Assembly: GCA_005800655.1 (NCBI GenBank) | Contig: SYEV01000051.1 | Span: 11,212-75,211 of the forward strand | Source: Bacteroidota bacterium | GTDB taxonomy: Bacteria; Bacteroidota; Bacteroidia; Chitinophagales; Chitinophagaceae | Reading direction: 5' to 3' | Length of the DNA: 64,000 nt | Part shown: positions 21,217 through 32,186 of the stretch, in pieces | Position numbering within the stretch: position 1 is the stretch's first letter | How the letters are laid out: each line of letters opens with the position of its first letter | Made by a program: the position numbers and the translations under genes | The notes under the pieces: generated by a model | Databases searched by the model: none | Seen by the model: only the letters and a program-made list of their open reading frames with translations | What the model was told of the DNA's origin: nothing

Positions 21217-22143
21217 ATGCAAAACTCAAGACGAAAATTTATTCAAAACGCTTCCTTGGTATTAGCAGGAGCAAGTTTAAAACCAAGTGTGTTATGGTCA
21301 AAAGATGACACCATTGCAAAAGTTAAAAATTTAATTGGTATACAATTATATTCTGTTCGTGCAGATATGGGTAAAAATCCTTTAGGCACTTTAACCGAAT
21401 TAGCAAAAATGGGCTATGAGCACGTGGAACACGCCAATTATATTAATCGAAAATTTTATGGCTGGACTGCTACTGAATTTAAAAAAGTATTGGATTCCTT
21501 AGGATTGCATATGCCAAGTGGTCACACCGTTATGGATTTAAATCATTTTGATAAAGCAAAAAATGATTTTACAGACGCTTGGAAATATACAATTGATGAT
21601 GCAGCAACACTTGGTCAAACTTATGTGATTAGTCCTTCCATTGATTCAAAAGTGAGGAAATCATTTGACGCATTTATGTTTCAAGTAGAATTATTTAATA
21701 AATGTGGAGAGTTATGTAAAAAACAAGGAATGAAATTTGGTTACCATAATCACGATTTTGAATTTAAAGAAAAAGTAAATGGAGAATTAATTTATGATTT
21801 AATTTTAAAACATACGGATCCTGCATTAGTGGTGCAACAACTTGATTTTGGTAATATGTACGGTGCAGGTGCAAGAGGCGATGATTGGATTAATAAGTAC
21901 CCTGGCCGTTTCCCGTCCTTACACGTTAAAGATGAAATAAAAGTTGCCAAAGGCGAGATGGGAGATGGTTATGAAAGCACCATCCTAGGGGATGGCGTAG
22001 TTAATCCCAAGGCAATCGCATTATTAGCTAAAAAAATTGGTGGCGCACATCATTATATTGTAGAACAAGAATCCTATCAAGATAATACACCACTTGAATC
22101 TGCTAGAATTGATTTAGAAAGAATAAAAACTTGGGGTATTTAA
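21217..22143 (+). CDS. Sugar phosphate isomerase/epimerase-family TIM-barrel protein, Tat-exported
   Basis: SRRKFI signal; GIQLYSVR, YHNHDFEF, HVKD, IVEQE. Confidence 0.88.
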   Translation: MQNSRRKFIQNASLVLAGASLKPSVLWSKDDTIAKVKNLIGIQLYSVRADMGKNPLGTLTELAKMGYEHVEHANYINRKFYGWTATEFKKVLDSLGLHMPSGHTVMDLNHFDKAKNDFTDAWKYTIDDAATLGQTYVISPSIDSKVRKSFDAFMFQVELFNKCGELCKKQGMKFGYHNHDFEFKEKVNGELIYDLILKHTDPALVVQQLDFGNMYGAGARGDDWINKYPGRFPSLHVKDEIKVAKGEMGDGYESTILGDGVVNPKAIALLAKKIGGAHHYIVEQESYQDNTPLESARIDLERIKTWGI

Positions 22144-22214
22144 TGCGCTAGTATTTTAATTTATTTTTTAGTTAAGCGGGGCCAATTTTATTAAAATTAG
22201 AAGACTACAAAAAT

Positions 22215-24453
22215 ATGAAAAAGCTTTATCTAATTTTTATTTTGGCTATAATGGTCAATGCTATTCAACCAAGCATTTCTAATGCCCAGAAATTTACCGC
22301 GCTTGAAAAAGCAAGATGGGAAAAACAAGCAAGTCAAATAACCATTATTAGAGACGAATGGGGTATCCCACATATTTATGGTAAAACAGACGCGGATGCC
22401 GTTTTTGGTTTAATGTATGCACAATGCGAAGAAAATTTTGAGCAAATTGAACTGAATTATTTGGAAATGTTAGGCAGAACCGCTGAAGTAAAAGGACCTA
22501 ATGCAATTTATGATGATTTAATGATGCGTCTTATTCAAGACAGCAGCGATGCTATAAAAGATTTTAATAATTGTCCCGCTTGGTTTAAAGCACTACTTGT
22601 TGCACATGCCGATGGATTAAATTATTATTTATACAAACACCCTGAAATAAAACCTAAAGTAATTAATTACTTCAAACCCTGGTATCATTTAATGTGGACA
22701 GATGGAAGTGTTTCCCCGACGCGAACAGGTGGTATTAAAGTAAAGGATGTAAAACAGTTTTATGGTGTAAATAAAAATGTAGCTAGTATTTCAGCAGATC
22801 TTACAGCATCGCAACTTGATGAAAACGACCTCTCCCCCTATGATATGGAGGAAAAAACTTTAAAGGGATCCAATGGATTCGCCATCGCTCCCATGCATAG
22901 CAAAAATGGAACCGCCTTATTATACATCAATCCACATGTTCCTTTTTATTTCAGATCAGAAATGCATATGTCAAGTGAGCAAGGATTAAATGTTTATGGT
23001 GCGGTTACTTGGGGGCAAATGTTTATTTATCAGGGCTTCAATGCGTATTGTGGTTGGATGCATACCACGAGTTATGCGGATGTGGCAGATGTTTTTGAAG
23101 AAAAAGTATCAAAACAAAATGAGGAATGGTTGTATGAATTGGATAATAAAATTATGCCCTTTCAAAAAAAACAAATTCCAGTTAGTTATCTTGAAGAGGG
23201 CGAAAGGCGAACTAAAATTTTTACCACTTATGCATCTGGGCATGGACCTATTATGGGAAGTCGTCAAAACAAATGGTTAAGCTTAAAAGAAAATAATCGT
23301 TCTTTAAATGCTTTGATTGAATGCTGGACAAGAACAAAAGCAAAAAATTTAAAAGAATATAAAAATGCATTATCCTTACTAGCCAACAACAGTAATAATA
23401 CTGTTTATGCAGATGCAGATGGGAACATTGCATATTGGCATGGTAATTTTATGCCAAAAAGAAGTCGGCAGTATGATTATAGTTTGCCAGTAGATGGTAG
23501 TATTAAAAATACCGACTGGATGGGATTACATCCTTTAAACGAAATTGTTCAGGGTATAAATCCAGTAAATGGGTGGTTGCAAAATTGCAATGCAACGCCT
23601 TTTACGATGGCTGGTACATATAGCCCAAAAGCAAGTAACTACCCATCTTATATGGCACCCGATGGCGAAAATGGTCGTGGTATAACTGCAGTAAAATTAT
23701 TAGCGCAAATAGAAAAAATTGATATAGATGAATTGATCCAGCTTGGATACAACAAACATTTATCGGCCTTTGATATTTTACTTCCTTCCTTTTTAGCGGA
23801 GATGAAAAAAGATACACTTTCCCCTTCGCTTTCGAAAGCGGTTACCTATTTAAAACAACTGGAATCGTGATGCGGATGCACAATCCATTGCTACCACCAT
23901 CGCAATTGAGTGGGCCACTAAATGGAGTTTAGAAATACCCGCTGCAACCACCGAGGAGGAAGGCACTCATATCATAAAAAAATATGAGCGCATGGTGAAG
24001 GAAGTAAGCACACAAAAAAAAAAAGAATTATTAAATGCCACATTGGAACAACTTGAAAAAATATATGGAACATGGGAAATGCCTTGGGGCGAAATAAATC
24101 GTTACCAACGTGCCGACCCCGGAAACATGATGGATGATCAGGCACCAAGCTGGGCAGTGTCTCAGGCTTCTTCTAAATGGGGATCGCTCCCTTCCTTTGA
24201 TAGTAAGCGATTTGAGGGTACGATTAAAAGGTATGGTTATAACGGAAATAGCTTTGTCGCCGCGGTATCCTTTGGAAAAAAACTTGTTGCAAAAACGATC
24301 ATCACGGGTGGTCAAAGTAAATTTTCAAAATCGGCTCATTTTACGGACCAAGCTCAGGGATATATTGATGGTCAATTTAAAACTATTCATTTTTATAAGG
24401 CGGATGTTTTAGCAAATAAAGTAACATCATATAAACCTGGATTCATTAAATAA
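22215..24453 (+). pseudogene. Penicillin acylase-family (Ntn hydrolase) gene with a +1 frameshift near 23856
   Basis: IIRDEWGIPHIYG, GSNGFA, NPH motifs. The shifted frame from 23857 reads NWNRDADAQSIATTIAIEW without a stop into ORF 23992..24453. Confidence 0.85.
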
Positions 24454-25112
24454 TGATCATACAGTTTTGTTAAAAAAGCTACTTTAACAAGACCTGCTAA
24501 ATTTTTAACATCAAACTGCTGCATCAATTTTGTTCGGTGACCTTCAATAGTTCTTTTGCTATGCCCTACTTCGTTGGCAATTTCTTTACTGGACGCTTCT
24601 TGACAAATCCTGACTAATATATATTTATCATAAATGTTTAATTGCTGCATGATTTCAATTTTTTTTATTTTTTCCATCTGACTCATTAATCCAAAAACCT
24701 TGTCTGCAATGGTAGCACAAAAATAGACCTTGTCTTGTTGTGCCATTGTTAATGCCTTGACTCATTCTGTTTCAGAAATATGCCTGGACACAATCACCGA
24801 AAACCCATGATCAATTAAGTTATACAAATGCACTTCGTCTTCGTCATTAAATAACACCATGATAGGTAAGCTTTTTTTAATTAGATGGATTGTTTTATAC
24901 GTTAAGGGATTGGCGAAGTTTAACATGCCACTGTCTATTACAAGCACCTTTGGAAAATCGTAATTTGGATGATCCTCAGACATGATTTCATTTAACATTT
25001 GTAGGTTACGTATAATACAATAACCATTGAACTGGGGGTGTTCGTTAATAAGCGTAGAGCATCCCAATGCATACAGGGCTTGTTGGTCACAAATGATGAC
25101 TTGAGTTTGCAT
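24393..25112 (-). pseudogene. NarL/LuxR-type regulator (degenerate receiver plus HTH) split by an in-frame TGA
   Basis: Both ORF pieces share one frame (ISETE*VKALTMAQQ); TGA at 24762-24764; HTH SSKEIA...SKRTIEGHR. Confidence 0.75.
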
Positions 25113-25370
25113 AAAATGATTTTACTGTTGACAATAGCGTAAAGCAACTAAAACCCCATAAATCATTGATAAACAAACTTATGTTTCCGTATCAATGGCA
25201 ATGAAATTCATTATAATTGCCCCTAATCAAGTGTTTTCTATGCAACACGCATAGCAGCTAAAAACATAGGATGAATTAGCACTTAAATTAATCCCCTTAT
25301 TAATTTGTCAGTATTATATATTTTATAACTTCATTGATAATTACTAACCACCTCACTATTATAACCATAC

Positions 25371-26483
25371 TTGCGTAACCTATTTTATCCTTTTGTTCCT
25401 GTGGGACATTTGAAAGTTTGGGTACTTGCTCCAGCTTTAGATAACCCAGATCCTAATTTATCATACTACTATGACTTTAGTCAAAGTATTGCCGAATACA
25501 CACGTGTATTTACCGAACTTGACTTACCCTGGAAATGGCAACCCGTTAATTTAGAATCTTATAAAACTATTGTTCAAGAAATTGCGAACGAGCGTCAGAA
25601 AGGTGTTTTTTTTCCAGTGGTTTTAAATTTGTGTGATGGAGATGAAATTAATGGCGCACCAGGTTTGTCGGTTATAAAAGCATTAGAAGAAAAACAATTG
25701 GTATATACGGGTGCTGACGATTATTTTTATGAAATCACTACTTCTAAAATTCCCATGAAGGTTGCATTTGATCATGCAGGTGTGCCTACCCCAAAATGGG
25801 AAGCAATTAAAATAAACGAAACAGTAAAGCCCCAATCGTTAATAAATAATTTAGGAAGTCCTTTGATAGTAAAACCTGCCGTGTCAGGGGGTAGCTTGGG
25901 ATTGGGAATTAAAAATGTAGTTGACAATCCAACTGATTTACAATTGCAATTGGATAAAATGTTTGAAGGATATCGTGGTTGGAATTTATCCACTGATGGA
26001 ATTGTTGCAGAATCTTTTATACAAGGGCCTGAATATACAGTAATGATTGTGGGTTCACATCATCAACCCGAATATGCAAAAATATATCCGCCTGTGGAAA
26101 GAGTATTTCATGCATCACTTCCTGAAAAAGAAAAGATATTGTCGTTTGATCGTTTATGGGAAATTTATGAAGATGAAACACCTATGCCAGCCGATGAAAA
26201 TTTTTATCAATACCAATCCAGCCCTGACGAAATAAAATTAGCCATACAACAAGTTTCCTGGGATGCCTATGCTGCAGTGAATGGAAAAGGCTATACAAGA
26301 GTGGATGTGCGTGTTGATGCAAACACAGGACAGCCTTATGTTTTAGAAGTAAATGCACAATGCGGGATAAGTGAGGATGAAAATTATACATCCATTGGTG
26401 CAATTTTAAGATTCGCGAATCAAAGCTTTACTGAATTAATAATACATATTATTAACGACGCATTTGCTAGAAGAAAAAAATAA
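25371..26483 (+). CDS. D-Ala-D-Ala-ligase-like ATP-grasp enzyme (non-canonical)
   Basis: NLCDG, YTGA, IVKPAVSGGSLG, ESFIQGPEYTV, YTRVD, LEVNAQCG; TTG start is uncertain. Confidence 0.85.
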   Translation: MRNLFYPFVPVGHLKVWVLAPALDNPDPNLSYYYDFSQSIAEYTRVFTELDLPWKWQPVNLESYKTIVQEIANERQKGVFFPVVLNLCDGDEINGAPGLSVIKALEEKQLVYTGADDYFYEITTSKIPMKVAFDHAGVPTPKWEAIKINETVKPQSLINNLGSPLIVKPAVSGGSLGLGIKNVVDNPTDLQLQLDKMFEGYRGWNLSTDGIVAESFIQGPEYTVMIVGSHHQPEYAKIYPPVERVFHASLPEKEKILSFDRLWEIYEDETPMPADENFYQYQSSPDEIKLAIQQVSWDAYAAVNGKGYTRVDVRVDANTGQPYVLEVNAQCGISEDENYTSIGAILRFANQSFTELIIHIINDAFARRKK

Positions 26484-26487
26484 ATTT

Positions 26488-27933
26488 ATGCACCCCCTCC
26501 CAATTTTAAATCATCCAGACAGTTTCAAAAATTTAAAAATTTGTGTTTTGCAACCCGACTATAGCACTTCGGGTGTGGATTATCAAAATTATGATCCCAA
26601 AAGAGATTTATCGGCCATATTACCTGAAGCAAAAATTGATCATGTTTTTTTAAATAAGCTCACGACCTACCAACAACTCAAACAACTTAAGGAAAAAAAT
26701 TACGATATATATGTAAATTTATGTGAGGGTTATTTAGAATGGAAAGTGCCTTCGATTGATGTGATCATGAGTTTGGATTTATTGGAACTTCCGTATACAG
26801 GACCTACGGTAAATTTATACGACCCTTCTAAAACCATCATGAAATATTTGGCTTTTTGCGAAGATGTAAAAACGCCTGCACATATATTGATTGAATCTGA
26901 ATCCGATCTTGCATTGCTTCCGGGTAATTTAAATTTTCCACTTTTTGTAAAACCAGCCAAAGCTGGTGATAGCTTGGGTGTGGACAATGCCTCTAAAACA
27001 AATAATATAGAAGAATTAACGATAAAGGTTAAAAATATATTAAGTGAATTTGGCTCCGCTTTAGTAGAAGAATATATTGATGGCCGCGAATTTACCGTGC
27101 TAGTTTGCGGTAATCCAGATGGAAAAACATGTACAAGTTTCACCCCCGTTGAATATATTTTCCCGGAAGGATTTGCATTTAAAACGTATGCATTAAAAAC
27201 TTCCGAACTACATCCTAATGCAAATATCCCTGTAAAGGATACTGTATTAGCAAAAAAATTACAAAGTATTGGCGAGCAAGTTTTTATGTCTTTTAATGGT
27301 GTGGGTTATGCGCGTATGGATTTTAGAATGGATGCAAAAGGCGACATTTATTTTTTAGAAATTAATTTTACTTGTTCTGTTTTTTATGCGGAAGGGCTTG
27401 AAGGTTCAGCTGACTATATATTAATGCATGATGGTGCTGGTCAAAGAGGATTTTTAGAACGCATTATTATTGAGGGCTTGGCGCGATATCAAAAAAAGGA
27501 AAAATTATTTGTCATCAAAGGAAATGCGATTTCAGGATACGGTATGTACGCGAAATATGACCTTCCAAAAAATACATTGTTATTTAAAGGGGAGGAAAAA
27601 GCACAACGCATTGTTACCAAAAAATATGTGGATGACCATTGGGATGAACGCGAAAAATTAAATTTTAGACGATACGCTTACCCTATTGGGAAGGAAGTGT
27701 ATATTTTATGGGACCTACAACCAGAAGCATGGTCGCCTCAAAATCATCATTGTGAAGCTAATTGCTCTTATGTTGGATTAAATGTAATTACGAATACAGA
27801 GGTTAAAAAAGGAGATGAGCTGACTTTGGATTATGCGCAATTTTTAGACCATACCATGGAGCCCTTTACTTGTAATTGTGGCGCAAGCACCTGTAGAGGC
27901 TTGATTAAAGGCAATGTGCAATTTTCACAGTAA
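26488..27933 (+). CDS. Ddl-like ATP-grasp domain fused to a SET/post-SET methyltransferase domain
   Basis: FVKPAKAGDSLG, EEYIDGREFTV, YARMD, LEIN; then GYGMYA, QNHHCEAN, ELTLDY and post-SET CNCGASTCRG. Confidence 0.9.
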   Translation: MHPLPILNHPDSFKNLKICVLQPDYSTSGVDYQNYDPKRDLSAILPEAKIDHVFLNKLTTYQQLKQLKEKNYDIYVNLCEGYLEWKVPSIDVIMSLDLLELPYTGPTVNLYDPSKTIMKYLAFCEDVKTPAHILIESESDLALLPGNLNFPLFVKPAKAGDSLGVDNASKTNNIEELTIKVKNILSEFGSALVEEYIDGREFTVLVCGNPDGKTCTSFTPVEYIFPEGFAFKTYALKTSELHPNANIPVKDTVLAKKLQSIGEQVFMSFNGVGYARMDFRMDAKGDIYFLEINFTCSVFYAEGLEGSADYILMHDGAGQRGFLERIIIEGLARYQKKEKLFVIKGNAISGYGMYAKYDLPKNTLLFKGEEKAQRIVTKKYVDDHWDEREKLNFRRYAYPIGKEVYILWDLQPEAWSPQNHHCEANCSYVGLNVITNTEVKKGDELTLDYAQFLDHTMEPFTCNCGASTCRGLIKGNVQFSQ

Positions 27934-27981
27934 TATTTAAACCTTTTCCTTAAATTGGGATATCAAATAATTAGATGCTAT

Positions 27982-28752
27982 ATGAAAAAAATCAGTTTCG
28001 GCTTTATCGCAATTTGTATTTTTTGTTTTAATGCAAATGCACAAAACATACCAAAAAAAGATAACGGAGGTATTACACCTGAAAAATTAGAATCCTGGGT
28101 GCCTGTTCCTGTTATTACTCCAGGTACTACAAACGCAGATGCCCCATCTGATGCAATCGTATTATTTAATGGTAAGGATTTATCTGCTTTTCAAAAAAAA
28201 GATGGTAGTCCCGCCAAATGGCGATTGGATCCAGAAGGAACGGTTACTGATGTTAAAGGAGCGGGTGATTTAATTACCAAAAAAGCATTTGGCAACTGTC
28301 AATTACACGTAGAATTTAGAACACCGGCGGAAGTAAAAAATAGTGGCCAATCAAGAGGCAATAGTGGTGTATATTTTATGGGTAAGTATGAAGTACAAGT
28401 TTTGGACTCTTACGATAATGTCACCTACTCTAATGGTCAAGCTGCTGCTGTTTATAAGCAATATGCACCTTTGGTAAATGCAAGTCGCAAACCAGGTGAG
28501 TGGCAAACTTATGATATCATTTTTACCGCGCCCATCTTTAAAGATAATGGTGATGTAGAAGCACCAGGTCGTTTAACAGTTATACATAACGGTGTATTGG
28601 TACAAAATAATGTATCCATTTTAGGACCGACGGATTGGGCCAAAATTCCTGTTTATAAAAAGCATGAAAGTAAACTTCCATTAATGTTTCAGGACCATGG
28701 CGATGATGGTAATCCGATTAGCTATAGAAATATTTGGATCAGAGAACTTTAA
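27982..28752 (+). CDS. DUF1080 (3-keto-disaccharide hydrolase-like) secreted protein
   Basis: APSDAIVLFNGKDL, RGNSGVY, YEVQVLDS, GEWQTYDI, QDHG, YRNIWIREL. Confidence 0.9.
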   Translation: MKKISFGFIAICIFCFNANAQNIPKKDNGGITPEKLESWVPVPVITPGTTNADAPSDAIVLFNGKDLSAFQKKDGSPAKWRLDPEGTVTDVKGAGDLITKKAFGNCQLHVEFRTPAEVKNSGQSRGNSGVYFMGKYEVQVLDSYDNVTYSNGQAAAVYKQYAPLVNASRKPGEWQTYDIIFTAPIFKDNGDVEAPGRLTVIHNGVLVQNNVSILGPTDWAKIPVYKKHESKLPLMFQDHGDDGNPISYRNIWIREL

Positions 28753-28788
28753 TAAAATAAATTTAGAAGTTGTTGAAATACTTCATTT

Positions 28789-28828
28789 AAAATCCGAAAA
28801 TTTAGCAATTAAGTTTTCGGATTTTTTA
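28789..28828 (+). terminator. Probable intrinsic terminator
   Basis: aaaatccgaaaa/ttttcggatttt stem followed by T-tract. Confidence 0.6.
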
Positions 28829-28893
28829 TTCCAAAAAATCTGCAATAATTTAAAATCGAGCGCGTTTAATAAAAAAAATGTAACTTACTGTTC

Positions 28894-29619
28894 ATGATTA
28901 CCCTAGGTAAATATCATCCACCTGCAATTATGGAACCATTCACTCCTTTTTGGTGGGAATGTATGGTCATGATTGTTTTAATCATTACGATTGTGGTTCG
29001 CGTGCCATTTCACTTCAAAAAAGTGAATCCAAAAACCTATGCTACTTTTATTGCTTTATTTTTTTCAATCAATTTTATTGTTGAAAATTATTATAATTAT
29101 CAACAAGGCTATTGGAATTTACAACAAAGTCTGCCAGTGCACTTATGCAGTATTAGTTACTTTTTATGCATTGCATTATTAATTAACTACAAGCAATGGC
29201 TGGCAGAATGTGTTTACTATTGGGGCTTGGCTGGTGGAATACATTCACTACTTACACCCGAATTTACAGTAGGCATGGATGGCTATAATTTTTATGCGTA
29301 TTTTATTGATCATGCAGGGATGTTATTGGTCATCGCTTACATGATTTTACATTTAAATTTTAGGCCGCGTCCAAAATCCTGGATCTGGATGTTTGGCTAC
29401 ACTCAAGTCGTAGCGGTTGGTGTTGGTATTGTAAACTATATTGTTGGTTCAAATTATATGTACCTATCTGCAAAACCGGAAGTCGAAAATCCGTTTTTAA
29501 TTGGAGAATGGCCTTACTATATATTAGTATTAGAAGCGGTTGCTCTTTTACACTTTTGGGTATTTTATCTTCCTTATGCAAAAAAGAACAAACAGTTAGC
29601 TGTTAAGCAACCCTTATAA
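28894..29619 (+). CDS. YwaF / TIGR02206-type integral membrane protein
   Basis: LPVHLC, NYMYL..KP, WPYYI motifs; multiple TM helices. Confidence 0.85.
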   Translation: MITLGKYHPPAIMEPFTPFWWECMVMIVLIITIVVRVPFHFKKVNPKTYATFIALFFSINFIVENYYNYQQGYWNLQQSLPVHLCSISYFLCIALLINYKQWLAECVYYWGLAGGIHSLLTPEFTVGMDGYNFYAYFIDHAGMLLVIAYMILHLNFRPRPKSWIWMFGYTQVVAVGVGIVNYIVGSNYMYLSAKPEVENPFLIGEWPYYILVLEAVALLHFWVFYLPYAKKNKQLAVKQPL

Positions 29620-29955
29620 TTCTTCTATTCTTTTTGCTTTATCGTCAATCACCAAATCAAAATTAGGCTTGGTAGGTCCGCCATTGGGACAATAGCCTGT
29701 GATTAGTTCATTAAATTGACAACCCCATTCATGGAGTTGTGTAAGTGTGAGCGCTCGTAAATCTCGCTTTGAACTTTCTCCTCGTCCAGTCCAATAAGTA
29801 ATATGCCAACCTTGTTCAAATAGTTGATTAATTTTTGCAATATTATCAAAATTAGGCTCTGCTAATTCATATACCCGCTTATCGCTATAAAAGCAGATCG
29901 TTTCATCAATATCAACCAAGGCTTTTTTAGAGCCGAACCTTTTAGACTCAATCAT
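29614..29955 (-). CDS. Minimal capless HAD-superfamily phosphatase-like protein
   Basis: VDIDETIC, YWTGR, KP, VIDDKA motifs in 113 aa. Confidence 0.75.
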   Translation of the reverse strand: MIESKRFGSKKALVDIDETICFYSDKRVYELAEPNFDNIAKINQLFEQGWHITYWTGRGESSKRDLRALTLTQLHEWGCQFNELITGYCPNGGPTKPNFDLVIDDKAKRIEEL

Positions 29956-30086
29956 TGTTACTAGTTTAATTCATATAATAAGTTGCACAAATTTAGATAG
30001 TTTTTATAAATTACACCATTCATTTTAAATTAAAGGCATTCCTTTCCAAATCGAAAATATTTATTCATAATACATATCCTACATAT

Positions 30087-32183
30087 ATGAAACTCATCTT
30101 ACTTTCCTTGTCTTTATTGCTTTTGCAAGCAACCGATGCACAAAAAAGTGCTGACCCCATTTTAAGAACAGATCAAATAACCATTGCAAGAGATAGTTTT
30201 GGTGTGCCGCATATTTTTGCACCCACTGATCCTGAAGTGGCTTATGGATTGGCTTGGGCGCACGCGGAAGATGATTTTAATACCATTCAAACTTTGATAT
30301 TAACAGGTAAGGGCAAATTAGCCACCTACCTTGGTAAAAAAGGCGCTTCCGTTGATTATGTAGTTGGATTGCTAAATACAAAAGCAACCGTTAAAGCCCA
30401 AATAGGTCAATTGGATCCTGCATTCATCGATTTAATCAAAGGCTATTTAGCAGGATTACATGCGTATGCAAAAGCGCATCCTTCAGCATTACTCAATAAA
30501 CATGTTTTCCCAGTGACCGTAGAGGATTATTTATCCGCAGGTGTTTTTTCAGTAGCCGTATTTTGTGGCGTTGATAAAGCTTTACCAAAAATTTTAAATG
30601 GCTCTGTTCCAGCATTACCCATATTTACAGGGGAGGGGAGTAATGCATTTGCAGTCAATGCAAGCAAATCTGCATCGGGTGAAAATATGTTGGTGATCAA
30701 TGCGCACCAACCCATTGAAGGTGCAACCGCTTTTTATGAAGCACATTTACAAAGCGAAACAGGTTGGAATATTTTAGGTGGTTTGTTCCCTGGAGCAACA
30801 TTAATTTTTCATGGTGCTACCCCAAACATTGCTTGGGCACATACCGTAAACATGCAAGATAAAATTGACATGTATCAATTGCAAACCGATAAGCAACATC
30901 CAGGAAAATATAAAGTAGATGGTAATTGGTTGAAATTAGAAAAGAGAAGAATTAAATTAAGTGTCAAAGGAGTGCCAATTCCGATTTATAAAACAGCGTA
31001 TACTTCCATTTATGGTCCTACTGCTGCTACGCCATCTGGACAATATTTTTCAATGCGATTACCTTCGTTAATGGATGCAGGTGCTTTGCAACAATGGTAT
31101 GCTATGAATAAAGCGCAAAACTACACGCAATTCAAGGCTGCTTTAAATCAGAATCATTTGGCCATGTTTAATATAGTATATGCAGATAAAAACGATACTA
31201 TATTTTATATTTCAAATAGTAAAATGCCTTATCGTAATCCAGATACAAGCTATCATTGGAATTCGACGGTTCCAGGGAATACCATGGCAACACTTTGGAC
31301 TAAGTTTAAACCCTTATCTGAATTACCACAATATTTAAATCCTACCAGTGGTTATTTATTTAACACCAATCATTCACCATTTTTAGCTACTGCAGAAAAT
31401 GAAAACTTAGATCGCGCAAAGTTTGATGTGAACGATGGTTATGAACTTACCCATAATAACAGAAGCCGACGCGCTAAGGATTTGATTGATCAACTAGATA
31501 AAATTAGTTACGCCGATTTAAAGAGAATCAAATTTGATCGACAATTGCCCAATCCAATTTTATACCCTTATGGATATACTTCAGATACCTTATTTATGGT
31601 AGATGAATCAAAGTATCCGCAACTAGCCCCATTGATTGTTAGTTTAAAAAAATGGGACCATAATGCAGTCGCTGAAAGCAATGGTGCTTTGATTTATAAT
31701 TTGGCTTATTATTCCATCCCTAAATTAATGGGTGGACGTAAAAATAGTGATGAAGCTAAAAGTGACAAATTAAGTATGGAAGAAGCAGTGGCTACATTTC
31801 AGTATGCGTATGATTATTTAATGAAAAATTTTAATCGATTAGATGTTACTTTAGGTGACATGCAAAAATTGGTGCGTGGTGATGAAGAATGGCCACAAGG
31901 AGGCATGCCAGATGTGTTAGCTGCGGTGCAAGGACAAGCTTTTGGCACTGAAGGTAAACGTAAAATGGTGAGTGGTGATGCGTATATTGGATTTGTTAAA
32001 TTTCCTAAAAATGGCGGACTACCCTTAATTGAAACTGTCAATACTTTTGGTGCTAGTTCAATTAAAGGGAATAAACATTTTGCAGATCAACGCCCATTAT
32101 ACCAAGCGCAAAAGTTGAAAAAAATGACCTTGGATAAAATTGAAGTATTGAAAAATGCCGAAAGCGTTTATCACCCACAATAA
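30087..32183 (+). CDS. Penicillin acylase-family (Ntn hydrolase) protein
   Basis: IARDSFGVPHIF, AHAEDDF, GSNAFA nucleophile site, WAHTVN; signal peptide. Confidence 0.9.
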   Translation: MKLILLSLSLLLLQATDAQKSADPILRTDQITIARDSFGVPHIFAPTDPEVAYGLAWAHAEDDFNTIQTLILTGKGKLATYLGKKGASVDYVVGLLNTKATVKAQIGQLDPAFIDLIKGYLAGLHAYAKAHPSALLNKHVFPVTVEDYLSAGVFSVAVFCGVDKALPKILNGSVPALPIFTGEGSNAFAVNASKSASGENMLVINAHQPIEGATAFYEAHLQSETGWNILGGLFPGATLIFHGATPNIAWAHTVNMQDKIDMYQLQTDKQHPGKYKVDGNWLKLEKRRIKLSVKGVPIPIYKTAYTSIYGPTAATPSGQYFSMRLPSLMDAGALQQWYAMNKAQNYTQFKAALNQNHLAMFNIVYADKNDTIFYISNSKMPYRNPDTSYHWNSTVPGNTMATLWTKFKPLSELPQYLNPTSGYLFNTNHSPFLATAENENLDRAKFDVNDGYELTHNNRSRRAKDLIDQLDKISYADLKRIKFDRQLPNPILYPYGYTSDTLFMVDESKYPQLAPLIVSLKKWDHNAVAESNGALIYNLAYYSIPKLMGGRKNSDEAKSDKLSMEEAVATFQYAYDYLMKNFNRLDVTLGDMQKLVRGDEEWPQGGMPDVLAAVQGQAFGTEGKRKMVSGDAYIGFVKFPKNGGLPLIETVNTFGASSIKGNKHFADQRPLYQAQKLKKMTLDKIEVLKNAESVYHPQ

Positions 32184-32186
32184 ATT

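Noticed and set aside
24762-24764. In-frame TGA as selenocysteine or alternative genetic code
   Set aside because: TGA is a normal stop elsewhere (genes ending at 8485 and 49299), the position is not a catalytic Cys site, and the other nonsense lesion is TAA.
25371-27933. Housekeeping ddl or Van-type resistance ligases
   Set aside because: The Ddl N-terminal motif and NTxPG are missing, there are no mur or vanHX neighbours, and a SET domain is fused.
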